This document shows positions 10,345 through 21,931 of a stretch of DNA of 64,000 nt, piece after piece. The position numbers and the translations under genes were made by a program. How positions within the stretch are numbered: position 1 is the stretch's first letter; each line of letters starts with the position of its first letter. Source of the DNA: an uncultured Arcobacter sp. (GTDB lineage: Bacteria; Campylobacterota; Campylobacteria; Campylobacterales; Arcobacteraceae); NCBI GenBank assembly GCA_965140705.1, contig OZ223300.1, forward strand, positions 1,088,001 through 1,152,000, read 5' to 3'. The notes beneath the pieces are model-generated. The model was not told where the DNA came from. It searched no databases and worked only from the letters and a program-made list of their open reading frames with translations.

Positions 10345-11010
10345 ATGAAAGATGTAAACGGTTTAGATTTGTTAGAAACAATAGTTAATGAAGAACAATT
10401 GAATGAAATAAAAATGATAAGAAATAGTATATTTGATAGACTTGACTATGCAAAATATCACTATCAAGAGTATAAGAAAACTTCAGATGTAAAAGACGTA
10501 AATGCATTTATAAGAGCAGTAGTTTTAGATGACGAAAATAAAAGGAAAAGAACAGCAGAAAAAGCAAATATTACTGCTTGTGTTCATAATATACATGTTA
10601 TATATGACTACCTTGGGAATTTAATATATAAAACATTAGATTTAGAAATCAATTGTAATATATATTTTTCTACTGTAATGTACAATATAAAATCAGGAAA
10701 TAATAAAGACTTTAAAAAACTATTAGAAATATTGAATAATTTTGTTACAGCAAAAGAATCATATTATAAATACATTCATGATATGTCGAATTTCACAAAA
10801 CATAATTATAATATTGCGCCAGATGCAAAAACTAATAATAAAAGTGGAGAGTTTAAACGCGAATTATATTTTATAGAGTTTATAAAAGATAATACAACAC
10901 ATGAACAAGTAATTGTTGATGATATTTTAAATTCAGGATATGAAAGTGTAGTTCAATTAATGAAAGAAATAGGAAATGAATTATACGCAATTCTCCAAAA
11001 AAAACATTAG
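10345..11010 (+). CDS. Hypothetical protein, possibly Cthe_2314-type HEPN
   Basis: Starts 1 nt after the repressor stop; IYDYLGNLI and YIHDMSNFTKH resemble HEPN helices but the Arg is missing. Confidence 0.45.
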   Translation: MKDVNGLDLLETIVNEEQLNEIKMIRNSIFDRLDYAKYHYQEYKKTSDVKDVNAFIRAVVLDDENKRKRTAEKANITACVHNIHVIYDYLGNLIYKTLDLEINCNIYFSTVMYNIKSGNNKDFKKLLEILNNFVTAKESYYKYIHDMSNFTKHNYNIAPDAKTNNKSGEFKRELYFIEFIKDNTTHEQVIVDDILNSGYESVVQLMKEIGNELYAILQKKH

Positions 11011-11020
11011 TTTTTATGTA

Positions 11021-11079
11021 TTAACATTTCATAAGCAAATAATTAACATTTCAAAAGCCGTTTTACAAACAGTTTTACA
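11021..11079 (-). repeat. Candidate transposase-binding end repeats
   Basis: TTAACATTTCA(T/A)AAGC at 11021 and 11043 (22-bp period); GTTTTACA at 11060 and 11072. Confidence 0.5.
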
Positions 11080-11208
11080 TTTAAAAAGTATAAAATAGTT
11101 TTTATTAGTTAAACTTTCAATTAACTTAATGTATATTAAAATAAAGCATAATTGTCCTTTTAAAAAGGAAATAAATATAGTAATTAATGATATGAAGACC
11201 CATATATA

Positions 11209-11237
11209 TTGACATTGTATAAGAAAAAAGTTATAAT
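11209..11237 (+). promoter_or_regulatory. Sigma70 promoter of the S10 operon
   Basis: TTGACA (11209-11214), 17 bp, TATAAT (11232-11237), followed by a GC-rich discriminator GCGCGTCC. Confidence 0.85.
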
Positions 11238-11303
11238 GCGCGTCCATGAAAAATGGTTAGAGTGTGTTTATCGCACATTTAACGAGTTCTTTAAAGGAAA
11301 AAA

Positions 11304-11618
11304 ATGGAAAAAATAAGATTAAAGCTTAAGGCTTACGATCACAGAGTTTTAGACAGAAGTGTTGCTTCAATTGTTGAAGCTGTTAAGAGAACTGGTGCTG
11401 AGTTGAGAGGTCCTATACCTTTACCAACTAAAATCAGAAGATATACAGTAATCAAAGGTCCTCACGTAAATAAAGATTCAAGAGAACAATTCGAAATCAG
11501 AGTTCATTCAAGAATGATTGATATCGTATCTGCAACTCCTGATACAGTAGATTCATTAATGAAACTTGACTTAGCTCCTGAAGTTGATGTTGAAGTTAGA
11601 TCTATGGGTCAAGAATAA
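11304..11618 (+). CDS. rpsJ: 30S ribosomal protein S10
   Basis: [24 protein letters not shown]. Confidence 0.99.
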   Translation: MEKIRLKLKAYDHRVLDRSVASIVEAVKRTGAELRGPIPLPTKIRRYTVIKGPHVNKDSREQFEIRVHSRMIDIVSATPDTVDSLMKLDLAPEVDVEVRSMGQE

Positions 11619-11631
11619 GAAAGGGTAACAA

Positions 11632-12207
11632 ATGGAATTTATCGTAGAAAAAATTGGTATGAGTAGAACTATTTCAGTTCCTGCTGTTCCTGTTACACTT
11701 TTAAAAGTTCTTGATACAAAAGTATGTGAAGTAACTGATGGTGTAGCAATTGTATCATATAGTAATGGTAAGAAATTTAACAAAACTATAGAAGGGCAAC
11801 AAAAAAAATACAACTTATCTAAAGAGTTCAATAGATTTGCAACTATCGAAGTAGCAAATACTGAAGCTGGAGATTTAGATGTATCTGGATTAGCAGAAGC
11901 TAAAATTTTAAAAACTACTTTTAAAACTAAAGGTAGAGGTTTCTCTGGTGCAGTTAAAAGATGGAACTTTGCTGGTGGTAGAGCATCGCATGGTCATAGA
12001 ATGGGAAAAAGAACTGGTTCAATCGGTAATGCTGAGTGGCCAGGTAGAGTTCAACCAGGTAAGAAAATGCCAGGACAATACGGAAATACAAATGTAAGTG
12101 TTAAAAATGAAATTTTCTCTTTTGATGCTGAGACAGGTATTTTAGCTGTTAAAGGTTCAGTATCTGGACCAAATGGTGGATTAGGAAAAGTAAGGATTGC
12201 TAAATGA
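11632..12207 (+). CDS. rplC: 50S ribosomal protein L3
   Basis: [19 protein letters not shown]; synteny. Confidence 0.98.
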   Translation: MEFIVEKIGMSRTISVPAVPVTLLKVLDTKVCEVTDGVAIVSYSNGKKFNKTIEGQQKKYNLSKEFNRFATIEVANTEAGDLDVSGLAEAKILKTTFKTKGRGFSGAVKRWNFAGGRASHGHRMGKRTGSIGNAEWPGRVQPGKKMPGQYGNTNVSVKNEIFSFDAETGILAVKGSVSGPNGGLGKVRIAK

Positions 12208-12791
12208 GTAATGCAGTAGTAGTAAAAACAAGTGAATTACCTGAAACATTTAAAGATGTTAATTCACATAACTTATACTTATATGTAAAATCATACCTAG
12301 CAGCTCAAAGAGCAAACACAGCTAGAGTAAAAAACAGAACTGAAGTTAGAGGTGGTGGTAAAAAACCTAAAGCTCAAAAAGGTTCTGGTGGTGCAAGATG
12401 GGGTTCTAAAAGATCACCATTATTCGTTGGAGGTGGACAAGTATTTGGACCATCTGCTAGAAATTACAATCAAAAAATTAACAAAAAACAAAAAGTATTA
12501 GCATTAAGATTTGCTATTAATACTCATGTTGAAAAAGAGTCTTTATTTGTAGTTGATTCTGTTAAATTAGAGTCAGGGAAAACTAAAGATGCAGTTGCAG
12601 TTTTAAATGGTTTAAACCAAAGAGATACTTTAATCATTGTTGATACAATTGATGAAAAAACTTATTTGGCATATAGAAACATTAAGAACTGTTATATGAT
12701 TGAAAAACAAGAAGTGAATGCTTATATTGCAGCTGCTTATCACTCAATCTTAGTTGAGAAGTCAGTTCTTGAAGCATTAAAAGAGGCATAA
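12204..12791 (+). CDS. rplD: 50S ribosomal protein L4
   Basis: [17 protein letters not shown]; synteny. Confidence 0.98.
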   Translation: MSNAVVVKTSELPETFKDVNSHNLYLYVKSYLAAQRANTARVKNRTEVRGGGKKPKAQKGSGGARWGSKRSPLFVGGGQVFGPSARNYNQKINKKQKVLALRFAINTHVEKESLFVVDSVKLESGKTKDAVAVLNGLNQRDTLIIVDTIDEKTYLAYRNIKNCYMIEKQEVNAYIAAAYHSILVEKSVLEALKEA

Positions 12792-12792
12792 G

Positions 12793-13074
12793 ATGGCAGA
12801 TATTACAGATATTAAAGCAATATTATACACAGAAAAAACTATCGAGTTACAAGAGAGTGGTGTAATTGTTGTTCAGACTAGTCCTAGAATGACTAAAAGC
12901 GGATTAAAAGATGTTTTTAAAGAATATTTTGGAGTTACACCTTCAAAAGTTAATTCATTAAAACAAAGTGGTAAAGTGAAAAGATTTAGAGGAAAAATCG
13001 GTAAAAGAGCTGATTTCAAAAAATTCTATGTAACATTACCTGAGGGCGCTGAAATAGCGAACCTTTCAGCATAA
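12793..13074 (+). CDS. rplW: 50S ribosomal protein L23
   Basis: [16 protein letters not shown]; synteny. Confidence 0.97.
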   Translation: MADITDIKAILYTEKTIELQESGVIVVQTSPRMTKSGLKDVFKEYFGVTPSKVNSLKQSGKVKRFRGKIGKRADFKKFYVTLPEGAEIANLSA

Positions 13075-13083
13075 GGGGATAGT

Positions 13084-13911
13084 ATGGCAATTAAAAAATT
13101 TAGACCAATAACTCCTGCTAGAAGATTTATGTCAGTTATGGATACTTCTGATATTACTTCAAAACCAACAGTTAGATCTTTACTTACAAGAGTAAAAGCT
13201 ACAGCTGGTAGAAATAGTAACGGTAGAATCACTTCAAGACATAGAGAAGCAGGTGCTAAAAAACTTTACAGAATTATCGATTTCAAAAGAGATAAATTTG
13301 GTGTAGAGGGTACTGTATCTACAATTGAGTACGACCCATATAGAAACTGTAGAATCTGTTTAGTAACTTATGCAGATGGTGATAAAAGATATATTTTACA
13401 ACCAAGTGGTTTAAAAGTTGGAGCTAAAGTTTCTTCTGCTGAATCTGGTTTAGATATTCTTCCTGGAAATGCAATGAGACTTGTTAATATTCCAGTTGGT
13501 ACTATGGTTCATAATATTGAAATGAAACCAGGAAAAGGTGGTCAAATCGCTAGATCTGCTGGTGGATATGCTCAAATTATGGGTAGAGAAGATAAATATG
13601 TAATTATGAGACTTCCTTCAGGTGAAATGAGAAAAATTCTTGCTGTATGTATGGCAACTATTGGTATCGTTGGTAATGAAGATTTCTCTAACATGGTTGT
13701 TGGTAAAGCTGGTAGAAGTAGACACCTTGGAATTAGACCTCAAACTAGAGGATCTGCAATGAATCCAATTGATCACCCACACGGTGGTGGTGAAGGTAAA
13801 ACTAACTCAGGTAGACATCCAGTTACTCCATGGGGTATGCCAACTAAAGGTTATAAAACTAGAAAGAAAAAAGCTAGTGATAAATTAATCATTTCAAGAA
13901 AAAAGAAGTAA
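13084..13911 (+). CDS. rplB: 50S ribosomal protein L2
   Basis: [24 protein letters not shown]. Confidence 0.99.
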   Translation: MAIKKFRPITPARRFMSVMDTSDITSKPTVRSLLTRVKATAGRNSNGRITSRHREAGAKKLYRIIDFKRDKFGVEGTVSTIEYDPYRNCRICLVTYADGDKRYILQPSGLKVGAKVSSAESGLDILPGNAMRLVNIPVGTMVHNIEMKPGKGGQIARSAGGYAQIMGREDKYVIMRLPSGEMRKILAVCMATIGIVGNEDFSNMVVGKAGRSRHLGIRPQTRGSAMNPIDHPHGGGEGKTNSGRHPVTPWGMPTKGYKTRKKKASDKLIISRKKK

Positions 13912-13920
13912 GGGTTTAAG

Positions 13921-14199
13921 ATGTCAAGATCAGTAAAAAAAGGTCCATTTATAGACGCGCACTTAATGAAAAAAGTTATCAAAGCAGTTGAGACTAAAGA
14001 TAGAAAACCAATTAAAACTTGGTCAAGAAGATCAACAGTTTTACCTGACATGATTGGCTTAACTTTTAATGTGCACAATGGAAGAAACTTCGTACCTGTA
14101 AATGTTACAGAGAACCACGTGGGTTACAAATTAGGTGAATTTGCACCAACTAGAACTTTTAAGGGTCACAAAGGCTCTGTTCAGAAGAAGGTAGGATAA
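13921..14199 (+). CDS. rpsS: 30S ribosomal protein S19
   Basis: [24 protein letters not shown]. Confidence 0.99.
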   Translation: MSRSVKKGPFIDAHLMKKVIKAVETKDRKPIKTWSRRSTVLPDMIGLTFNVHNGRNFVPVNVTENHVGYKLGEFAPTRTFKGHKGSVQKKVG

Positions 14200-14200
14200 G

Positions 14201-14533
14201 ATGGGTAAAGCTATATTAAGATTTATAAGAGTTTCTCCAATTAAAGCAAGACTTATTGCTAGAGAAGTTCAAGGTATGAATGCAGAGTATGCTATTGCAT
14301 CTTTAGAATTTACACCTAACAAAGCTGCTGGATTAATTTCAAAAGTTATTGCTTCTGCAGTTGCAAACTCTGGATTAGAAGCTGAAGATGCAGTTATTAC
14401 ATCTGCTAGAGTTGATAAAGGTCCAGTATTAAAAAGATTTACTCCAAGAGCAAGAGGTTCTGCTTCTCCAAAGCATAAGCCAACGGCACATATCATGATT
14501 GAAGTAGAAGCTGCACCTAAAGGAGATAAGTAA
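14201..14533 (+). CDS. rplV: 50S ribosomal protein L22
   Basis: [17 protein letters not shown]. Confidence 0.98.
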   Translation: MGKAILRFIRVSPIKARLIAREVQGMNAEYAIASLEFTPNKAAGLISKVIASAVANSGLEAEDAVITSARVDKGPVLKRFTPRARGSASPKHKPTAHIMIEVEAAPKGDK

Positions 14534-15231
14534 TGGGTCAAAAAGTTAATCCAATTGGTTTAAGATTAGGTATCAATAGAAACTGGGAATCAAGATGGTT
14601 TCCTAAATTCTCTTCTATGCCTGCTAATGTTGCAGAAGATAGCAAAATCAGAAAATTCGTTAAAAAAGAGCTTTACTATGCAGGAATTGCTCAAACTTTA
14701 ATTGAAAGAACAGCTAAAAAAGTAAGAGTAACAGTTGTTGCTGCAAGACCTGGTATCATTATTGGTAAAAAAGGTGCAGACGTTGAGAAATTAAAAGATT
14801 CTTTAACTAAATTAGTTGGTAAAGAAATCGCTGTAAACATTAAAGAAGAGAGAAAACCACAACTTTCTGGTCAATTAGCTGCTGAAAATGTTGCTCAACA
14901 ATTAGAAAGAAGAGTTGCATTTAGAAGAGCTATGAAAAGAGTTATGCAAAATGCTATTAAAGGTGGAGCAAAAGGAATTAAAGTTTCTGTTTCTGGTAGA
15001 CTTGGTGGAGCTGAAATGGCTAGAACTGAGTGGTACTTAGAAGGAAGAGTTCCTTTACATACTTTAAGAGCTAGAATCGATTATGGTTTTGCTGAAGCAC
15101 ATACTACATATGGTTGTGTTGGTGTAAAAGTTTGGATTTTCAAAGGTGAAGTACTTGCTAAAGGTATTCCAGTTGAAAAAGAAGAAGCTTCTAAACCAAA
15201 AAGAAGACCAACAAAGAAAAGAGGTAAATAA
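14533..15231 (+). CDS. rpsC: 30S ribosomal protein S3
   Basis: [23 protein letters not shown]. Confidence 0.99.
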   Translation: MGQKVNPIGLRLGINRNWESRWFPKFSSMPANVAEDSKIRKFVKKELYYAGIAQTLIERTAKKVRVTVVAARPGIIIGKKGADVEKLKDSLTKLVGKEIAVNIKEERKPQLSGQLAAENVAQQLERRVAFRRAMKRVMQNAIKGGAKGIKVSVSGRLGGAEMARTEWYLEGRVPLHTLRARIDYGFAEAHTTYGCVGVKVWIFKGEVLAKGIPVEKEEASKPKRRPTKKRGK

Positions 15232-15233
15232 TT

Positions 15234-15659
15234 ATGTTAATGCCTAAAAGAACAAAATATAGAAAAGTAATGAAGGGGCGAAATAGAGGTAAATCTATGA
15301 GAGCCAATACATTAGCATATGGTAATATTGGAATTAAAGCTTTAGAGCACGGAAGAATCGATTCAAGACAAATCGAAGCAGCCAGAATTGCTATGACAAG
15401 AGCTATTAAAAGACAAGGTAAAGTATGGATTTGTGTATTCCCAGCTAAACCACTTACTGCTAAACCATTAGAAACAAGAATGGGTAAAGGTAAAGGTCCA
15501 GTTGACAAATGGGTAATGAACATTAAGCCAGGAAGAATTTGTTTTGAGATGGCTGGTGTTAGTGATGAAGTAGCTAGAGTAGCATTGACTTTAGCAGTTC
15601 ACAAATTACCATTTAAATGTAAAATTGTAACAAAAGAGAGCGAAAATGACTTATTCTGA
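15234..15659 (+). CDS. rplP: 50S ribosomal protein L16
   Basis: [18 protein letters not shown]. Confidence 0.99.
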   Translation: MLMPKRTKYRKVMKGRNRGKSMRANTLAYGNIGIKALEHGRIDSRQIEAARIAMTRAIKRQGKVWICVFPAKPLTAKPLETRMGKGKGPVDKWVMNIKPGRICFEMAGVSDEVARVALTLAVHKLPFKCKIVTKESENDLF

Positions 15660-15837
15660 TATTAAAGATAAAAGCCTAAACGAGCTAAACGAGTTATTAA
15701 AAGAGAAAAAGGTGCTTCTTTTTGAATTAAAAGCTAAGCTAAAAACTATGCAGTTGACTAATACATCTGAATTAAATGTTGCGAAAAAAGATATCGCAAA
15801 AATTCAAACAGCTATTACTGCAGTAAAAGCTAAGTAA
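15646..15837 (+). CDS. rpmC: 50S ribosomal protein L29
   Basis: Size, KKDIAKIQT, synteny. Confidence 0.95.
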   Translation: MTYSDIKDKSLNELNELLKEKKVLLFELKAKLKTMQLTNTSELNVAKKDIAKIQTAITAVKAK

Positions 15838-15848
15838 GGATCTGTAGT

Positions 15849-16103
15849 ATGAGTACGCATAAAAGAGAGATTCAAGGTGTAGTGGTAAAAATTTCTGGAG
15901 ATAAAACTGCTTCTGTTTTAGTAACAAGATCAGTATTACACCCAAAATACCACAAAACTGTTAAGAGATTTAAAAAATATTTAGTTCATGATGAAAAAAA
16001 TGAATTAGCTGAAGGTGATACTGTAATTGCGATTGAGTGTAGACCTTTATCTAAGACTAAATCTTTTAGATTAAAGACAATTGTTGCTACAGGAGTTAAA
16101 TAA
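15849..16103 (+). CDS. rpsQ: 30S ribosomal protein S17
   Basis: [17 protein letters not shown]. Confidence 0.98.
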   Translation: MSTHKREIQGVVVKISGDKTASVLVTRSVLHPKYHKTVKRFKKYLVHDEKNELAEGDTVIAIECRPLSKTKSFRLKTIVATGVK

Positions 16104-16471
16104 TGATTCAAAGTTTTACTAGATTAAACGTAGCAGACAACACAGGTGCTAAAGAGATCATGTGTATCAAAGTTTTAGGTGGTTCTAAAAGAAGATACGC
16201 AACAGTTGGTGACGTTATTGTTGCTTCTGTTAAAAAAGCTATTCCTACTGGAAAAGTTAAAAAAGGTCAAGTTGTTAAAGCTGTTGTTGTTAGAACTCAT
16301 AAAGAAGTTCAAAGAGAAAATGGTTCATTAATCAGATTTGATGATAATGCAGCAGTTATTCTTGATGCAAAAAAAGAACCAATTGGAACAAGAATTTTTG
16401 GACCAGTTGCTAGAGAAGTTAGATATTCAGGTTTCATGAAGATCGTTTCACTTGCACCGGAGGTATTATAA
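16103..16471 (+). CDS. rplN: 50S ribosomal protein L14
   Basis: [25 protein letters not shown]. Confidence 0.99.
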   Translation: MIQSFTRLNVADNTGAKEIMCIKVLGGSKRRYATVGDVIVASVKKAIPTGKVKKGQVVKAVVVRTHKEVQRENGSLIRFDDNAAVILDAKKEPIGTRIFGPVAREVRYSGFMKIVSLAPEVL

Positions 16472-16472
16472 T

Positions 16473-16712
16473 ATGGCGGTTAAATTAAAAATTAAAAAAG
16501 GTGATACAGTTAAAATCATCGCAGGTGATGACAAAGGTAAAACTGGTGAAGTTTTAAAAGTTATCCCATCTAAATTACAAGTTATTGTAAAAGATTGTAA
16601 AGTTGCTAAAAAAACTGTAAAACCTGATCAAGACAAAAACCCTAATGGTGGTTTTGTAAACAAAGAGATGCCTATTGATATCTCTAATGTAGCAAAAGTA
16701 GAAGGTGAGTAA
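16473..16712 (+). CDS. rplX: 50S ribosomal protein L24
   Basis: [22 protein letters not shown] motif; start placed at ATG 16473. Confidence 0.97.
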   Translation: MAVKLKIKKGDTVKIIAGDDKGKTGEVLKVIPSKLQVIVKDCKVAKKTVKPDQDKNPNGGFVNKEMPIDISNVAKVEGE

Positions 16713-16713
16713 G

Positions 16714-17262
16714 ATGGCGAACAGATTATACGAAAGATATAACGCAGAGATTAAACCAGTTTTACAAGAAGAGTTTCCTAAGAACAAAATGTTAACTGCT
16801 AAATTAGAAAAAGTAGTTATTTCTGTAGGTGCTGGTGAAGCAATGAAAGATACTAAATTGATGCAAAATATTCAAGATACTATCTCTTTAATTGCAGGAC
16901 AACATGCTATCCAAATCATTGCAAAAAAATCAGTTGCTGGTTTTAAAGTAAGAGAAGGTATGCCTGTAGGTGTAAAAGTTACACTTAGAGGTGAAAATAT
17001 GTATGCATTCGTTGACAAATTATGTTCTATTGCATTACCTAGAGTAAAAGACTTCCAAGGTTTAGATAGAAATGGTTTTGATGGAAGAGGAAATTTTAAC
17101 TTTGGTCTTAATGAGCAATTGATGTTTCCAGAGGTTGTTTACGATAACATTATTAAAACACATGGTATGAATATTTCTATTACTACATCTTCAACTTCTG
17201 ATAAAGAAGCTTATAGATTATTAGAACTAGTAGGAATTCCATTTACAAAAGGTAGAGAATAA
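16714..17262 (+). CDS. rplE: 50S ribosomal protein L5
   Basis: [28 protein letters not shown]; start placed at ATG 16714. Confidence 0.98.
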   Translation: MANRLYERYNAEIKPVLQEEFPKNKMLTAKLEKVVISVGAGEAMKDTKLMQNIQDTISLIAGQHAIQIIAKKSVAGFKVREGMPVGVKVTLRGENMYAFVDKLCSIALPRVKDFQGLDRNGFDGRGNFNFGLNEQLMFPEVVYDNIIKTHGMNISITTSSTSDKEAYRLLELVGIPFTKGRE

Positions 17263-17447
17263 TGGCTAAGAAATCTATGATTATGAAACAACAACGAACT
17301 CCTAAGTTCGCTGTTAGAGCATATACAAGATGTTCAGTATGTGGAAGACCACATTCAGTTTACAAAGACTTTGGTCTTTGTAGAATTTGTTTAAGAAAAA
17401 TGGCTAACGAAGGTTTATTACCTGGTGTTAGAAAAGCTAGTTGGTAA
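17262..17447 (+). CDS. rpsN: 30S ribosomal protein S14, zinc-binding type Z
   Basis: 61 aa with CSVC...CRIC and KASW end. Confidence 0.98.
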   Translation: MAKKSMIMKQQRTPKFAVRAYTRCSVCGRPHSVYKDFGLCRICLRKMANEGLLPGVRKASW

Positions 17448-17459
17448 GGAAATAAAGCT

Positions 17460-17858
17460 ATGATGAATGATATAATCGCAGATGCTTTAACTAGAATTAG
17501 AAATGCAGCATTGAGAAAACTTGAAGTTACTACTTTGTTACATTCTAATACGGTTGTAGGTATCTTAACAGTATTAGAGGCAAAGGGTTACATTGACTCT
17601 TTCAAAGTTGTTGATGGAACAAATAATAAAAAAACTATTCAAGTTACATTAAAATATGATGAAAAAGAAATTTCTGCAATCAATGAGATTAAAAGAGTTT
17701 CTAAATCAGGAAGAAGAGTTTATAAAGCTTCTTCTGAATTGAAAAATTTCAAAAACGGATATGGTACAATCATTGTTTCTACAAACAAGGGTGTTATCGC
17801 TAACGATGAAGCTTATGCTGCAAATGTTGGTGGTGAAGTACTATGTACTGTTTGGTAG
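17460..17858 (+). CDS. rpsH: 30S ribosomal protein S8
   Basis: [22 protein letters not shown]. Confidence 0.99.
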   Translation: MMNDIIADALTRIRNAALRKLEVTTLLHSNTVVGILTVLEAKGYIDSFKVVDGTNNKKTIQVTLKYDEKEISAINEIKRVSKSGRRVYKASSELKNFKNGYGTIIVSTNKGVIANDEAYAANVGGEVLCTVW

Positions 17859-17869
17859 GGAGTTAGATA

Positions 17870-18406
17870 ATGTCAAGAATTGGAAAACAACCTATTGCTA
17901 TACCAGCAGGTGTTGAAGTAACAGTTGATGGTACAGTTGTAAACGTAAAAAAAGGTAACAAAACTTCTTCTGTTGAAACTCATGGAAGAGTTTCTGTTGA
18001 AATTGCAAATAACACTGTAGTTTTAGCAAGAGTTGGTGAAACTAAAGAATCATCAGCTTTCTGGGGAACATATAGAGCTTTATTAAACAATGCTATTGTT
18101 GGTTTAAGTGAAGGTTTCAAAAAATCTTTAGAAATCAACGGTGTTGGTTATAGAGCTGCTGTAAAAGGTAATGTTTTAGAACTACAATTAGGATATTCTC
18201 ATCCAATTAACTATGAAATTGCTGATGGATTAGAAATTACTGTTGAGAAAAACGTGATTAATGTTATTGGTGCTGACAAACAACAAGTTGGTCAAGCTGC
18301 TGCAATTATTAGAGGCTTTAGAAAACCAGAACCGTACAAAGGTAAAGGTGTTAAATATACTGATGAGCATATCATCAGAAAAGCCGGAAAAACTGCTAAG
18401 AAGTAA
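17870..18406 (+). CDS. rplF: 50S ribosomal protein L6
   Basis: [17 protein letters not shown]. Confidence 0.99.
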   Translation: MSRIGKQPIAIPAGVEVTVDGTVVNVKKGNKTSSVETHGRVSVEIANNTVVLARVGETKESSAFWGTYRALLNNAIVGLSEGFKKSLEINGVGYRAAVKGNVLELQLGYSHPINYEIADGLEITVEKNVINVIGADKQQVGQAAAIIRGFRKPEPYKGKGVKYTDEHIIRKAGKTAKK

Positions 18407-18416
18407 GGTGTAAAGA

Positions 18417-18776
18417 ATGAGTAGAGCAAAAGATATAGCTAAAAAAAATTCTTTAAGAATTAAAAGAAAAAGAAGAGTAAGAGGATCAATTTCTGGTACT
18501 GCTTCTAAGCCAAGAGTTACGATTTTTAAATCAAACAAATATTTAAGTGCGCAAGCAATTAATGATGTTGAAGGTGTTACACTGGCTTCGGTTAGTTCTA
18601 AAACATTGGATTTAACAGTTAGTAAAGATAATGCAGTTAAAGTTGCAGCACAATTTGCTGAAAATTTAAAAGCTGCTGGGATTGATACAGTTGTATTTGA
18701 TAGAAATGGTTACCTATATCACGGTGTTATTGCTGCATTTGCACAATCACTAAGAGATAATGGTATCAAATTATAA
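18417..18776 (+). CDS. rplR: 50S ribosomal protein L18
   Basis: VVFDRNGYLYHG. Confidence 0.98.
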   Translation: MSRAKDIAKKNSLRIKRKRRVRGSISGTASKPRVTIFKSNKYLSAQAINDVEGVTLASVSSKTLDLTVSKDNAVKVAAQFAENLKAAGIDTVVFDRNGYLYHGVIAAFAQSLRDNGIKL

Positions 18777-18782
18777 GGGTTA

Positions 18783-19229
18783 ATGATGGCAGCAGTAAAT
18801 AGAGAAGATTTTCAAGAAGCAATCGTTAAAATCGGAAGAGTAACAAAAGTTGTAAAGGGTGGTAGAAGATTCAGATTTACAGCTTTAGTTGTTGTTGGAG
18901 ATAAAAACGGTACTGTAGGTTTTGGTATGGGTAAAGCTAAAGAAGTTCCAGATGCAATTAAAAAAGCTTTAGATGATGCATTTAAATCTTTAGTAAAAGT
19001 GTCTATTCATGGAACTACAATCGCACATGATATTGAGCATAAATATAATGCTTCTAAAATATTATTAAAACCAGCATCTGAAGGGACAGGACTTATCGCA
19101 GGTGGTGCGGCTAGACCAGTACTTGAACTTTCTGGAGTTAAAGATATTATTGCAAAATCTTTAGGTTCAAATAATCCTAACAACTTAGTGCAAGCTACAG
19201 TTGAAGCTTTAGCTAGAATAAAAGGATAA
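18783..19229 (+). CDS. rpsE: 30S ribosomal protein S5
   Basis: [21 protein letters not shown]. Confidence 0.99.
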   Translation: MMAAVNREDFQEAIVKIGRVTKVVKGGRRFRFTALVVVGDKNGTVGFGMGKAKEVPDAIKKALDDAFKSLVKVSIHGTTIAHDIEHKYNASKILLKPASEGTGLIAGGAARPVLELSGVKDIIAKSLGSNNPNNLVQATVEALARIKG

Positions 19230-19232
19230 TAA

Positions 19233-19631
19233 ATGACATTAGAAACTTTAAGACCAGCAGATGGTAGTACAAAGAATGTTAAAAGAGTTGGTAGAGGACA
19301 AGGTAGTGGTACTGGTAAAACTGCCGGTAAAGGTAACAAAGGTCAAAAAGCTAGATCTGGTTATAAAATAAAAAGAGGTTTTGAAGGTGGGCAAATGCCA
19401 ATCCAAAAAAGACTTCCTAAAATTGGTTTTATATCAAGAGTAACTAAACCTTATTCAATCAATGTTGATAAAGTTAAGCAAGTTGCTGAGTTAAGTGAAA
19501 TTACATTAGAAACTATTAGAACAGTGTATAAATTATCAAAATCAGTAACAAAAGTTAAACTAGTTGGGTCTTGTGCAAAAGACTTAGCTTCTAAGATTAA
19601 AGACGAAAACGTTACTACAACTGGTAAATAA
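19233..19631 (+). CDS. rplO: 50S ribosomal protein L15
   Basis: [25 protein letters not shown]. Confidence 0.99.
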   Translation: MTLETLRPADGSTKNVKRVGRGQGSGTGKTAGKGNKGQKARSGYKIKRGFEGGQMPIQKRLPKIGFISRVTKPYSINVDKVKQVAELSEITLETIRTVYKLSKSVTKVKLVGSCAKDLASKIKDENVTTTGK

Positions 19632-19633
19632 CC

Positions 19634-20896
19634 ATGAATAAAGATCTAATAAATAAGATTCTTATTACATTAGGTTTTATATTTCTATACAGAGTATTGG
19701 CATACGTGCCAGTACCTGGTGTAAATATTGACGTAGTAAAAGAGTTTTTTGACTCAAATGCAAATAATGCATTAGGTCTTGTTAATATGTTTAGTGGAAA
19801 TGCAATCTCAAGATTATCTATTATTTCACTAGGTATTATGCCTTACATTACAGCTTCAATTATTATGGAGCTTCTAGCCGCAACTTTCCCTGCACTTGGT
19901 AAAATGAAAAAAGAACGTGATGGTATGCAAAAATATATGCAAATTATCAGATATGCAACTATTGTTATTACTTTAATTCAAGCAGTTGGTGTATCAATGG
20001 GTCTTAATTCTTTAACAGGTAAAGCAGGTCAAAGTGCAATCACAATAGATATGGATACATTTGTTGCAGTTTCTGCAATCTCAATGTTAACTGGTACTAT
20101 GCTTTTAATGTGGATTGGTGAACAAATCACACAAAAAGGTATAGGTAATGGTATTTCATTAATTATCTTTGCTGGTATTGTTTCTGCAATTCCTCATGCA
20201 ATTGGTGGTACTGTTGAATTAGTTAATAATGGACAAATGAATTTCTTAACTGTTATCGCAATTTTAGTAATAGTTCTTGCAACAGTTGGAGCAATTATTT
20301 ATGTAGAACTAGGAGAGAGAAGAGTTCCTGTTTCTTATTCTAGAAAAGTTATGATGCAAAGTCAAAATAAAAGAGTAATGAATTATATTCCTATTAAAGT
20401 AAATCTAAGTGGTGTAATTCCTGCAATTTTTGCCTCTGCAATTTTGATGTTCCCAGCTACAATTTTACATGGTAGTCAAAATAAGATTTTATTAGCTATT
20501 GCTGACTTTTTAAGTCCAACTAGTTATACATTTAATATTTTGATGTTTTTACTTGTAGTTTTCTTTGCATATTTTTATGCATCAATTACTTTTAATGCAA
20601 AAGATATTTCAGAAAACTTAAAAAAACAAGGTGGTTTTATTCCAGGTATTAGACCAGGAGAAGGAACAGCTGAGTTTTTAAATGAAACAGCAGGTAGATT
20701 AACACTATGGGGAGCTTTATATTTAGGAGCAATTTCTACAGTGCCATGGCTTTTAGTTAAGTCTATGGGAGTTCCATTTTACTTTGGTGGGGTTGCAGTA
20801 CTTATTGTTGTTCAAGTTGCTATTGATACTATGAGGAAAATTGAAGCTCAACAGTATATGAACAAGTATGATACTTTAAGTGCGGTTGGTTTATAA
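19634..20896 (+). CDS. secY: Preprotein translocase subunit SecY
   Basis: LGIMPYITASII, GIGNGISLII, IPGIRPG; multiple TM segments. Confidence 0.99.
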   Translation: MNKDLINKILITLGFIFLYRVLAYVPVPGVNIDVVKEFFDSNANNALGLVNMFSGNAISRLSIISLGIMPYITASIIMELLAATFPALGKMKKERDGMQKYMQIIRYATIVITLIQAVGVSMGLNSLTGKAGQSAITIDMDTFVAVSAISMLTGTMLLMWIGEQITQKGIGNGISLIIFAGIVSAIPHAIGGTVELVNNGQMNFLTVIAILVIVLATVGAIIYVELGERRVPVSYSRKVMMQSQNKRVMNYIPIKVNLSGVIPAIFASAILMFPATILHGSQNKILLAIADFLSPTSYTFNILMFLLVVFFAYFYASITFNAKDISENLKKQGGFIPGIRPGEGTAEFLNETAGRLTLWGALYLGAISTVPWLLVKSMGVPFYFGGVAVLIVVQVAIDTMRKIEAQQYMNKYDTLSAVGL

Positions 20897-20901
20897 AAAT
20901 C

Positions 20902-21660
20902 ATGGCAATTTCATTAAGAAAACAAAATGAGATAGAAAAGCTTCGAACTGCTTCACAGGTAGTTGGAAAGACTTTAAACTATCTAAGAGAAAACGTTAAA
21001 CCTGGCATGACTTTATTAGAAGTTGATGCCTTAGGTGACGATTTCATAACCAGTTTAGGTGCTAGACCTTCATTTAAAGGCCTTTATGGTTTCCCTAATG
21101 CAGTATGTACTTCTCTAAATGAAGTTGTAATTCATGGTATACCATCGAATACAGTTCTACAAGAGGGTGATATTTTAGGTTTAGACATAGGTACTGAAAT
21201 TGATGGTTGGTATGGTGATGCTGCCATTACAATGCCTATTGGAAAAATATCAAAAGAGGATGAGGAATTAATTGCTTGTTCGAAAGATGCATTATATTAT
21301 GCTATTGATATTATAAAAGAAGGTATGAGATTTAAAGAGCTATCTTTTGCAATAGAAGAATTTATTGTAAAAAGAGGATATCAACCGTTAATTCGATTCT
21401 GTGGACATGGTATAGGGAAAAAACCTCATACTGAACCTGAAATTCCAAATTATGTAGAAACACCAAATATAAAATCTGGACCAAAAATAAAAAATGGAAT
21501 GGTATTTTGTTTGGAACCAATGGTTTGTCAAAAAGATAGAGAACCTATCATTTTAGACAATGGTTGGGATGTTATATCAAAAGATGGGTTAAGAACTAGT
21601 CATTATGAACATACAGTTGCTGTTATCAATGGAAAAGCAGTAATTTTAAGCGAGGCATAG
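20902..21660 (+). CDS. map: Methionine aminopeptidase type I
   Basis: [23 protein letters not shown]. Confidence 0.98.
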   Translation: MAISLRKQNEIEKLRTASQVVGKTLNYLRENVKPGMTLLEVDALGDDFITSLGARPSFKGLYGFPNAVCTSLNEVVIHGIPSNTVLQEGDILGLDIGTEIDGWYGDAAITMPIGKISKEDEELIACSKDALYYAIDIIKEGMRFKELSFAIEEFIVKRGYQPLIRFCGHGIGKKPHTEPEIPNYVETPNIKSGPKIKNGMVFCLEPMVCQKDREPIILDNGWDVISKDGLRTSHYEHTVAVINGKAVILSEA

Positions 21661-21671
21661 AAGGAAAAAAT

Positions 21672-21893
21672 GTGGCAAAAGATGATGTAATTGTAATTGA
21701 TGGTAAAGTTATTGAAGCTTTACCAAATGCAATGTTTAGGGTTGAATTGGAAAATAATGGGCATGTAGTTTTATGCCATATATCTGGGAAAATGAGAATG
21801 CACTACATTAAAATTTTACCAAATGATAAAGTAAAAGTAGAAATAACTCCTTATTCTTTGGATAAGGGTAGAATTACTCACAGATATAAATAA
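21672..21893 (+). CDS. infA: Translation initiation factor IF-1
   Basis: [24 protein letters not shown] start. Confidence 0.99.
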   Translation: MAKDDVIVIDGKVIEALPNAMFRVELENNGHVVLCHISGKMRMHYIKILPNDKVKVEITPYSLDKGRITHRYK

Positions 21894-21931
21894 AAAAAAA
21901 GAAAGTATTAATTTAATACTTTCTTTTTTTT
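21893..21931 (+). terminator. Intrinsic terminator ending the ribosomal operon
   Basis: A-tract GAAAGTATTA / TAATACTTTC T-tract. Confidence 0.8.

Larger units (their letters stand above)
8080..11079. mobile_element. Decayed prophage remnant, probably Mu-like/transposable
   Basis: Truncated Dam methylase, phage-type S24 repressor, cargo genes and terminal repeats ending in CA; no structural or transposase genes remain. Confidence 0.6.

Noticed and set aside
11571..19339. Antisense ORFs over ribosomal protein genes (and similar shadows elsewhere in the window)
   Set aside because: Shadow frames of well-identified genes
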